A stretch of 64,000 nucleotides of DNA from Chlorokybus atmophyticus (Eukaryota > Plantae > Mesostigma and Chlorokybus algae): the NCBI GenBank assembly GCA_009103225.1, contig RHPI01000890.1, forward strand, positions 151,579 through 215,578, read 5' to 3'. Position 1 is the stretch's first letter; the number at the start of each line of letters is the position of its first letter. Shown here piece after piece: positions 1 through 10,866 of this stretch. A model generated the notes under the pieces. The model saw only the letters and a list, made by a program, of their open reading frames with translations, had not been told where the DNA came from and searched no databases. The position numbers were made by a program, and so were the translations under genes.

Positions 1-2822
1 GGGGGGCGCTGTAATCTGGTGAATACGGTAAGCAATTTGCGACAACATGCGTATCGAGATAAAAAGCATAATTCGCGGCATACACATGTATCGTGTGTAA
101 AAACAGCGCATGCACAGCACACCATAGTCTTAGACATCTACACCTACTTGCACAACCATTGGGATAAGCAATCACACAAGGTACAGCTAGCTTGGATACT
201 ACCTCACTTACCACTCCTTCAGCTCAAACCCATGTATATTATCATATAAATAGTTACCATGTATTAATTAACATGAATATGCGTACGTGCTGAGTACGGT
301 GATACTCAAGCTCATCAACGTGTACATGCGCACTACCGTTCCTCATGCCATTCCATCACACGCACATGCCTGCACATATTTATACCATTATCATCACGCA
401 CACTTTCTACCACACGTCAATCATAACTACTAGGCTATGTGTTGTGACCGTTACACTGAGCTAGGTTGTACCCCGACTTGGACATGTCGGACATGTACAG
501 CGCCGTAATAAGGCATAGCGATGATATATGCGCACCAATCAAGCGTGTACATTATACTATGGGGTGATGACTCAATAGCTGCTTCTTGCTAGTCAAGCAC
601 TATTTGTGCTGACACTGGGATAGCTTGCAACAGTCACAATGTGCTAAAACCAAAGTGTCACACCTTGATGTATGCACAACATTATGTGGAATCATAATGT
701 GCTATGACAAGGTTGGATTGTAGTATAGCAAACATAACCTTTAAAGCCATATATATGTATAAATTGCAAGTTGCAATGAAACCTCAGCATCCACTTATTG
801 CCCACTCGTTGGCTGCAACTAGCTTGCGTTGGGTTGCATGTGTATATTGCATATGGTTAAAGAAAATCGGCACATGCTTTATGGCATTTTGCCACAAGGT
901 GGAAGGTTCCCTGCAAAGCACACGGGGCGTCATATGCGCATTTGATAGAGGATTCTTAAATGCACATGCATTCACACGCATGACATGCATTACATGCATT
1001 CACATGCATGACAGTGTACTGGGTGGGCTCTGCATGCTCGCAAATCGCATGCATGTGCACTCTATGACATCATGTTGCAGATATTGTGTCAGTGATGACT
1101 CATCACAGACATGTGTCAGTGATGACTCATCACTGACTATGCAGCATTCGGAATGCTGCATAGTCACCAGCCCCCTAGTCTAGTTGTAACTCGTGCTTTG
1201 TGGTTGAGTGGCTAATGTTGTGTGCATTGTCTATTGCTTATGTGGCCGCTCTACCCCATGCTGTCAGCGGAGCTGACCATAGGCGGCACTGCAGGTACTA
1301 CATCACACTAGCGTTATTTGCGTGTCCTGCTACTGCTGTATCGTTAATCGGTCAACCGCCCCCATTGCCGCAGCTTGCACTTAGCTTGCATTGGCCCCTA
1401 CCAAGTTATCCCTCTTGTCACGCCCAAAGCGCTAGCGAAGTCACTCTCATGTTCCTACTTATGTGGTAAGTAAGAAACCAAGTGAGGATTCCTTATGGTC
1501 AAGTTGTGTAGTACGTGGCATACGTGCTCATGATCATAAGCACGTATGCTCTTGCACACCAAGTGCAGAAGAACCCACTTCATGAAGTGAAAGGTTCTTC
1601 TGCACTTGGTGTGCAAGGGCATTATAGCTACTCATAGGCACTGTCCATAGACAGTGCATATGTGCCACATTATAGCTACATTAGCGAGCACAGGGCTAGT
1701 CGGTGTCTTTTGTCCGCATGTGTATGTATATGTTTGCTTACGCGCGCATATGTCTGCATATGAATTCATATGCGTGTATATGAGTGGTGTATGTGCATGC
1801 ATATGTATAAGGTCTCAGACGGATGTGACCAGCCTTGGGTGTTCACAACCCGAGGCTAGTGTGTGATCAGTTATAAGCGTTACACAAGATGTTTAGGGCT
1901 GATGTGACAGCCCCACGATGCGCGTTGTGGTAAACGCAGTCATAACAAGGCAAGTAGCCTTGGACTGGGTTATTCTAGGTAGGAGAGCAGCAAATAGAGG
2001 GTATTGGAACGGCCTTAAGAATCGTTAAGGCAGCATGTCCACACTCGATTCTTGTGTGTGGGGGGCCTAGTTGAGTTGTTCAAAGGGCTCTCCCTCTCAT
2101 CCCATGTGGGGTGTAGTGTCCGTAGCAGCCTTGCAAGTGTGTGGGGTGTGCTCGAGTGTGTGAGCTCAGGGGAGAACTTGCCGTGCATCCTCTCCGTCCC
2201 GGTGCGAAGCTGGTCATTTGTTTCATCGCAGAGCTGCAGTAGTATGTTGTAAAAAAACCCTTCTTTTGTGCGTGTGCACAAGCATGTGACATACACGAGC
2301 AGATAAGTGTGTGTCACACGTCACAACCCTAATGTATGTAAGTAAAACACTACCGCTTATTTCTTAGCCAAGCTGGAGTGTTTGCATTTTGCATCCACTG
2401 GATGCATAATGCGGCTTTTTGCGCATGCGTAACTCTTTGCATATGCGTGGCACTGCTTATTAGGTACATGCATGCATACACTGATGCAAGCTTCACCATG
2501 TGTTGGAACGCTATAGTCAACACCGCTAGGCTATACCGTACTTTCAACTTCCTACCCTAACATGCATAGCCACAAGCATTGTTACTAACACTGAAATACT
2601 ATTGTGGCGGTGTGGCAGTTAGTAACTGCCACACCGCCAGTGAAATATGTGAGTGGGTGAGCGAGTGGGCGTGGTAATTGGGTGAGTACTACGTAGGTAC
2701 ACATGTGATGATGTGTCTTCGTGATTCTCTCTCAAAGCACACCCAGTCACAGGTGGGTGTGCTTTGACAGCAATCACGGAAACACAATCATGTGTATCTA
2801 TGTATTCATAATTCTTCTTGTT

Positions 2823-3770
2823 ATGGACGTGTCACGGCGGATGTCAGCCGCGGGGGTTGGGTGCTGGTGCGTGGCTGACCGGATTGCCGTTGACTTCGGC
2901 GACAAGATTGTCCAGCAACATTTTTCGGACGGCGTTGCGCATACGCTTGAGGCTACCACAGCCGTTGTTGGCGGGCGTGACACACTGCGTGTGCGGGGCA
3001 TCGCTCCAACCCCAACCAGAGGGCACTCATCCGCTTCGCTGCGGTGTGGGCTGAGCGCGTACCGCATCACACGACGCGGTGCGTGATGAGATGTTCGCCC
3101 TGCTGACGGAGACGGGGTTCATGGTCAGCCGCGAGCAGTCCGGTTTCATGCCCATCCGTGCGAGAGAGGTGTAGGGCAGACGGTTGGACTTGGTGGCATC
3201 CGAGTTGGCCGCGACAGCCTGAGGAAGCTGCTGCTGGACGTTACAGTCACGGCGTGTGGGTATTGCACCGGCGCGGCCATGCGGGTGGCGGAAGCGGCGA
3301 AGCGTTGCAAGTATGGTGACCACCCGCCTGGAGACACTTTCTAACCATACATATATAAAAACTAACAGCAAAATCGTCACACCAAGCTATGCACTGTCAT
3401 CCCTGCCTATCATCGCACAAGCATACTCACATGCATGTCAGCGGCATGCAAGCACGCCTACACAACTACACTGCCACTTTCTAACCGCTTGCGATGAGAC
3501 ACAGGGGACGCTGAGAAAGGACTTCTAGCGTGTGTGCTACGTTTGTGTGCGCGTCATATCGCTACAGTGCGTGGGGCGCAGCCACGGCGTCTGAAGGGCT
3601 TCCGAAGCCCTGCATGGCATGCGCATCTGCCGTCAGCATGTGGCATGCGCCTTGCAGCGGGCGCAGGCGATAGCGATTTTGGAGCGAGGCCCTGGCGGTG
3701 GCCGCGGTGCCAGGATGGGGTCCTGTGCCGCAAGGCCCTTCGACTGTTGAGGCAGACGCCGCGCTTGCTT
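2823..3770 (+). mobile_element. 5'-truncated, decayed non-LTR retrotransposon 3' end (CRE-like clade: CCHC zinc knuckle plus restriction-like endonuclease)
   Basis: Translation across frameshifts and stops: GAGAWLTGLP..LSSNIFRTALRIRLRLP..HCVCG..GTHPLRC (ORF 2818..3054), then RLDLV..LLLDVTV..GAAMRVAEAAKRCKY..F*PLA..RQHVACALQRAQAIAIL. This is the C-terminal motif series of RLE-encoding non-LTR elements. Boundaries approximate. Confidence 0.75.
3347..3474. mobile_element. 128-bp insertion flanked by a 12-bp direct repeat (putative target-site duplication)
   Basis: CACTTTCTAACC occurs at 3335-3346 and 3475-3486. Removing the insert and one copy rejoins the retrotransposon motif series (..GDTF*PLA..). 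Confidence 0.6.
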
Positions 3771-4465
3771 ATAATTAGCATGACGGGGTGTATGTGTTGG
3801 GTTGTGTGTTGACTGTGTATTGTTGAGCGGGTAGGTATGGTGGCAGCACTGACAGCGGATGCTTGTATGATAATAGAGGTTGTCGTGGTAGTCATGCAGA
3901 TGTCTTATACCCTATGCATGGCATTTGCACTTGGAGCCAGCCCCCCTAGTTGTAGTTGTTGTGCGTGGTTGGCTGGTGTTGATGGTGTCAATATAATGGC
4001 TTGGGTGCGGTGTGTATGCTTCTGATTGGCGGCTTGTCTATTTTTCATATGCATGCATGACTGAAAATGGTTTGGTTGTAGGGGAGTAGGGGTATAGTTA
4101 GCCCGTCGGTTGCGTATGCAGCATTGAGGTGCGCGTGGCTGGCTTATTTGGTGCATGGCGTTGAAATGCATGTTTATAACCCTCCAACATATCCTATACA
4201 CATTAACTCACGAGTTGCCACTCACAACAAAGCAGCAGTGTAGCAGCAGCGTTAGCAGGCACAGCACAACCGGGACCAGCTGAAGGCTCAGACGCTTAGC
4301 CCTAACCCTAAGAGCCTTCAGCAGACAAGTGCACGCCCTCTGCTGTGAAAATCAGGTCTTGGCAGCCCTACAATTCATTACTGGCACAACAGCTGATGTT
4401 ACAGCTTGCGTTTGATGCCTTCAGATGCACTTCTTGAACAACACGCCGCACACAAAAAAATGTTG

Positions 4466-7391
4466 TTACAAAATGATGTTGCCGCTAGAAAGATCGTCTA
4501 TACCAGGAAGCAACCCAAGAGCTGTTTGAAGCGGGCCAACAGCGGGAAGGAGGGAGAGTAAAGCTACAGCGATGACGGCATACCCTGCAGCCTTGTAAGC
4601 TTGGGGCGGTTGCGACACCTCATTGCACTGAGGCAACACGGGGCCACGCTGAATCAACACCACAACAATCACCCAGTATAGCAGGACATCGCTGCCCAGC
4701 GCCCATAGCGATAGTAGGCCAATGCCGATCGCACCAACGCGACGAGCAATCTGCGAAGCACAATATAATGAATGCATGCACTACACATTCATAATCACAC
4801 TCGTTAACCTTGGACATGTTGATTGCTGGTTGGAACAGCTTGCATTTGTTGCGACTGCCAAATGCATTGCGTGTTTACCACAAGCTGTAGCACTTGCCTT
4901 GCGGCCGAAAATGCCATGCGATATGCTCGCGCCATCCGTGAAGCCAACGGGCAGCGTATTCAGCGCATTAGACAGCAGCGCCGCCCAGGCAGTGAGCACG
5001 AGAGGATTCAGCTGCAACGTTTGGCTTGGCAACAAAGTATCCCAATGCAGTATCAACTTTCCTGCACACACAACGGAAGAAACGTGACACCCAACGAAAG
5101 ATTCACCAAGTGAACGCCAACAGTCAACCACTGATACACAATCCTTGCTGGCAGACATGAGTTGTCAACATGCCTAGAATGGCCACAAGAGCCGAGTCGA
5201 GGAAAATGACTGAGTTGACAGTCACGCCATCACTGGGAGAGAGCCCTGTGGAGGTAGCCAGGCCCACAATCAGCAGCAGTAGCGATACAGCGATGCCTGC
5301 AAAAGGGCCTGCGCCCGCCACCTCCATAAGCGTGGCTCTATCCGTCACGTAGTCGCGGACGCGTGTAACCGCACCAAAGCTGCCAAGCTGCCAGCAAGGT
5401 CACCGCATTTTGCAAACAACAACTTGCAACAATGCTCAAGGCCTCCAATCACTCACATCCAAAGAAGGAATGAAGAAAGGGGGTGACAGCTTCAAGTTGT
5501 TCTTCTTGGCCGCAATTATGTGCCCTAGTTCATGAGCTCCCAAAGCTGCAATTAGAGGTAATGATGTGCCGAACGCCGAAATCAATAGAGGAATGATCTG
5601 TGAAAGGTTAAAGTCCGACCTGTAAGGACCCGTGCATACCATAGTAAGCATCAAAGCGGGTGAATGCCATATTGTGCCAATCTGCGGTTTGCTTAACCTG
5701 AAAACTTACGCAACATCCGCAGGAACGCCGGTCTTGAACAGGATGGTTAACAGCGTCAAGACACCAAACAACAGCGCGGCAGGCACTTGCGGGATAGCTG
5801 TGCAAGCAGCACAATTGTTGGAAACTATGTGCAAACTATAGGAAAAGCACTGATCAACTACATAGACTACATAGACTACATTGTCACTATTATCGAGTTC
5901 AAACCTGTGCTGAAATCAGTGTCGGATGTTGGCAGCACCACGCAGACAGGCTTGTCCACTTCATCATCCATCAGTAAAAACAACTTGTAATTGTCACCCA
6001 AGACATCCTGCAGCACACCTTTCATCACCACATCAATGTCGAATAACAACTCCTGTTTATATACGAGTGCCCGTATAGCAACATGCAACGTGCTTGTGGA
6101 ACTGACCTTGGCTTTCTTTGTGAGCTTCTCAAAAGCCTTGGTGGGATCCCCGCGCAGATTTCCTTTGAATATAGTGCCTACAATTGCATATGTGCACGGT
6201 TGGGACGCGTCCTTGCTAGGTGAGTCACTATGAGGTTATGCCAAGCCATTACCATCCTCGTAAGGCTCTGTGCCTGTGACAAAGAAGGTATCGAAGCCAA
6301 AAATCTGGTTCCTAAGCGTTTCTATAACATCTTTTGGTAACCCTCGCCGCTGCACAGCGACACATGGTAAGCAGCGGACAATGCTTCTTTACCATTCCGC
6401 TGCTGTGCTGGGGGTGACAATGTTGCGCTGACAAGGGAAACAGGTCTACAGATGCAGAACAATGCATAGACCGCTGCTTACTGGCGGATTCTTCAACAAC
6501 TCCGCCAAGACTTGTGCACGAAGATCCTCAGCTGCTTTGTCCTGTTGGACACACCCTGCGTAAGCATTAGGAATGAACACAACAGTCACAGTATGATCTA
6601 TGTACGCGCTTATTGTTGCCCCCTGGCAACGATGCCCGTTGGTGGGCATAATAACATAAGTAGGTAAGCACGCAGTATCTGCAAGGCTAATGTACTCCAA
6701 AAGCATCCTCGTGAACAGCAGCATGCCATGCCGCAACATGCATGCAAGCAGTGAGTGCAGTACTCAACGGCCCATTGTGTACATTACACTTGCTACATTT
6801 GCTGCGCATGGTACAGCTAACACCTGCTGCACGACATGCATGCATGTTCTTCTTGACCTCAACCTTTACATAGCGGTTTTGTGGCATGCGTGCTACCCGT
6901 GCCAATAGGGCTGACACTCCAGCATGGACGTTGATGACTATAGCAATGGCTGGTTGGCATATGTCAAGCAACGGAACACAGCATGCAATTGCACACCTCA
7001 GTGCTCACGGCATCCTTCTTCTCCGGCTCCCTCCCATCGCCTTCCTCGCCCTCAGCAAACGCCACACCTGGCTGCCGCCTTCGCCTTGCCCTGCGTGTGA
7101 AACACATGCCCGACATTGCGTGGCGACCCAAACCTGACAACGAGGGCAGCACTGCTCGACAATGTGCAGGGAAACAAGCGACACACACAATGCCTGCCTG
7201 TGGCTTGCAGCGAGGCGGAGAGGAGCAGCAAGAGAAGATCGCAGCCAAGGTGACCGCATGGCGCCGGCATGGCGCCGCCTTGAGCTGCATTCGGGGTGTA
7301 CGTAACGGCGTGGCACTCCAATACACGGACACGATGACAAAACGGACGCCGCCGCCACCGCCGTGGCCGGGAGCGCCGCCGCCGTCGCCAT
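4466..7391 (-). CDS. EGY2: Chloroplast M50-family (site-2) metalloprotease, EGY2-like; multi-exon
   Basis: Ala/Ser/Arg-rich transit-peptide-like start (MATAAALPATAVAAAS..). Exons encode LPKDVIETLRNQIFGFDTFFVTGTEPYEDGTIFKGNLRG, YKLFLLMDDEVDKPVCVVLP, the HELGH zinc motif, NALNTLPVGFTDG (third ligand) and YWVIVVVLIQRGP. Stop at 4466-4468. Confidence 0.88.
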
Positions 7392-7442
7392 GCTCACGCG
7401 CTGCTACCGTGGCACTGACCTCACTGAACATTGTTGCAGATG

Positions 7443-7451
7443 AAACCCTAA
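7443..7451. promoter_or_regulatory. Telo-box (AAACCCTAA) upstream of the EGY2-like gene
   Basis: Exact 9-mer about 52 nt upstream of the ATG at 7391. Confidence 0.5.
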
Positions 7452-9061
7452 TCTGCTCTGACGATCAGTGTGTGAGGCTGCCAGCTGGCACTGATGTTCG
7501 TCTGATGTCAGCATCTCTTGAGAGATGATCGCGTAGCGACTCGGAGACTCTCCAATGGAGAGATCGCTTTTCAATAAACAAGTTCGCGGAAGGATCTGCC
7601 GGCAGTGCCGGTTGCAGCTGGCTGTATTAAAATCTGTCCGGCCAGTTCTTACGCTTGTTTCAAATTTGAAGTTGAATACACAATCGTAACAAGTACAATC
7701 AGTCGTTTACAACCCGAAACGACAGCTTGATATTTGCAAGGTTCATCGTGACAAGTGTGCATGTGGTTCATGTTAGAAAAAACATTATTGTGCAATGTGG
7801 GCAGGAAACAAAACGCTGAGCTGTGAGTTGCCGCTCCAGTATATATACTTGAGCAGCGCAGCAGAGGGGAAAAGAAGAGAAGTGAGCATGGAGCAGAGCG
7901 ACAGCGAAGACAAGGACGACGATGACAGCGCAGTGCCAAACATCCCCGCTCGCACTTGTCTCCAGTCCTATTCCCCTGCGCGGCACAAGCAACATTGACA
8001 CATACATCTCGACCTGTGTGTACTCAGGTTGGTGTCTGCTGCTGCCTACCTACCTGACCAATTGTTGCATTGCACATCATAGAGGAGCGCTTTGTGAAGC
8101 CTAAAGTGGTGGCCCCGGATGTTATAAATGTCTCTGCTTATTATGTTGCGTTGCTTGTGGTGTAAGTCTACCTTCGAGCATATCCTGTGACTGTATGGCA
8201 TGGTTAAACTACGACTTATACCCTACACCCTATACATCATCATTGCAATTGGTAATTTAACTTTTTATACCATTTGTTTATTTTGGTATAACCGCTTACC
8301 ATAGCAACTTTATTGCGGTTGAACTTGACTATTATGAAGCTCGCAATAGAATAGCATCACATCATAGCCCTTTGTACTAACTTGCTGTTCAACGATCGCT
8401 TGCGTGTTATTTAGCAAGTGATCGTTGCGCAATAATGCAATCCACCATGAATGAAAACCCTTAAATGAGCAACCACATACTTAGGCGGCTTTTGTCCCAG
8501 CATTTGCTGTTCAATACTGCAATCATCGACTTACCGTCCTTTGTACTGACACATCACACTACAGCTTAAGTAATCTTACACACAAGCTAACATCTACTTG
8601 ATTGCCTGATTGCACCATGTGCAAAGTAAATGCGTGATACAAGTGCGCATGCATTGACCAGCGCATAGTAGGCTATATACTACGCAATGCACAATTTTAC
8701 TCAAGCTATCAAGATGCAACACTCGCTACAAAACTCGTGGGAGGCTGTGGACTACAGACCTAAACAACAATAGAACTAAATGAAACCCCTCATTTTGAAA
8801 ATGGTGTACCCATAGGTGGGCAACTCCGAAGGCTGTTCACAATACGCAAACTATCACAACAGACTACCACGATGCACCAACCGCAATGCCATATACCACA
8901 TATGTAACTTTGCAGTCTATTTACACTACCACATTGACAGGTGCACTGCTGCACCAGTGCGCGCTATATGCCATACCAAGAGAAAGTCCACCTAGCTTAC
9001 CCCACCTCACAACATTCAAGGATTGACACAACAATGTCATTTGCCTGGCTGTTTGCAAGTC

Positions 9062-10849
9062 TCACTTGGTGAAATGCAGCACGACGGGAATGATAATCGC
9101 CGCAAGGATTATTATGACTAAGAGGCACACAAAAATCCTCATCTGCAAGGGCAATGCAATATCAGTACTGTTCAGCTCAACATACTGTTGAGCAAGTTTC
9201 TGACAAACACAGTTGGTGACACAACGCAATTGTAGCTGCCGAGCGGACGCGCCGCAACTGACAATCACAAATGCCAACCTATACTTGCACCCATGCCACT
9301 TGACAGCAACCAACTGTACCTTCTGCATCTTCCACCAATACTTGCGCCTGACTTGACGAGTGACACCCCTGAAGCCCTCAGCGTGTGTCTTCAAACCCTC
9401 TGTTTGCTACGTAAGTAAGCGCAGGACACAAGGAGCCAAGCCTACAATAGGACCGAGGCTGAGTTCGAGAGGCACACGTATGGCTGAACATACAAACCTG
9501 CTTTTGACTCGATGACTTCCATGCTCTCAATATTTTTAGTCAGCTGATCAATGTTCTTGAGAACCTGCACGCGCACTTCCTCCACCTGACAGGGCAAATG
9601 TGTATTTACTCTGTAACCATGGGAGCTAGTTGGCGGACCAACTACTGTGGACAACTGATGCCCTCTCTTACAACATATGTAAGAGAGGGTAACCACCCTC
9701 TCTTGCGTACGTCGTATTATGCCAAGCTGAAGACTAAAGAACTGCAAGCATGCGGTGCAGTTACCTATGACTACTATGTAGTCATGATGCGCAAAGTCAC
9801 TGCTCCTATGCAGTTACGACGCATTAAATCCAATGACTTACACACTTGTGATCATTTGATGTATGCACGGGCTCTCACCTGTGCATTGGCTCGGGACAGT
9901 GGATCCACTTGCGCCGGATCATTGTAGCGCGCGCAGACCTGCCATGCGAGCATATTCAATAGCCTGCAGGAATACGTGTCACAACCGAGCAAAGATGGAC
10001 AATGCATGTTCAAGCTTACCTGCTCAAAACCGGGGCCCAATCGCTTGCTGAGAGACTCGGAAAACGCAGATGACACATCTCCAGAAGTCACACTGCTGCG
10101 CACTTGCTCACGCAACTCTTGCAACAGCTTCCAGGCGATATCTCTTCTGTAAGACTGCGCCGTGACCACTGCAAGAAGGCACTTCATGGCTTAACAACTC
10201 AGCAAAAAACCCAAGAAGCTACCAAGAGGTATGCGTCATGCATTTACCTGCAAGCACATCTGCGCCATCAGCTTGAATGTGGACAGAACCAATCCGGTCG
10301 TTCACAGTCACAGTCAATTTGCTATTAGATCGCAAGTTGCCGCTGCTCACCACACGCGAAACTGTGTCCGCACACTGTACAAACGTGCTTTGGTAAGTTC
10401 CATACATTGCGGTGTGTACGGCAGCTGCATCGGTATGCTAGACAGAGCAGCCATAACTGAAGCCCAGAGCTCACACAGAGCGCAACAGCATTAAACTACA
10501 ATATGAACACCCCGCAACACAAAAACAGTGGGGATATCAGCAACAGTGCAAGCATGCCTCGCATACTCGCTCTGCAGCAACATGCAGGCACATACAAAAC
10601 TACAAAAAACGTGGCTTTGTGCAATCAAACAAGCATAGCAACTTAGGCTGACGCCGTCAGCACAGGACGCTTGTGGAATGCAACGCATGCAGGCAATGGC
10701 ACTCAATGACACCAGCCAAACCCAAGGTCAGTGGAGCATACCTCGGGATCTGCGGTGGTGTGCGTCCATGAAGCTACGGCGACACCGTCACTCAGCCTTG
10801 ACAGTGCGGCGTAGCGCACATGTGCGCCTGCATCCGCCTGCAGTGGCAT
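9062..10849 (-). CDS. Longin-domain R-SNARE (VAMP7/VAMP72-like); multi-exon
   Basis: Exons give a longin-like N-terminus (VRYAALSRLSDGVAVASW.., VVTAQSYRRDIAWKLLQELREQV), SNARE motif VEEVRVQVLKNIDQLTKNIESMEVIESKAEGLKTHAEGFRGVTRQVRRKYWW and C-terminal TM helix IFVCLLVIIILAAIIIPVVLHFTK*. Start codon inferred. Confidence 0.85.
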
Positions 10850-10857
10850 GACGCCAG

Positions 10858-10866
10858 TTAGGGTTT
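10858..10866. promoter_or_regulatory. Telo-box upstream of the VAMP7-like start codon
   Basis: TTAGGGTTT on plus, 9 nt upstream of the inferred ATG at 10849. Confidence 0.5.

Noticed and set aside
1086-1139. 27-bp tandem palindromic unit as a CRISPR-like array
   Set aside because: Only two units, no spacers, eukaryotic context and no cas genes.
1903-2318. Possible solo LTR (TGTGACA...TGTCACA)
   Set aside because: No target-site duplication and no second copy in the window.
4296-4311. CCCTAACCCTAA as a telomere or healed break
   Set aside because: Only two units; too short to support the call.
7795-7998. Small acidic ORF (MEQSDSEDKDDDD..)
   Set aside because: Short, with no homology cue and no supporting downstream exons identified.
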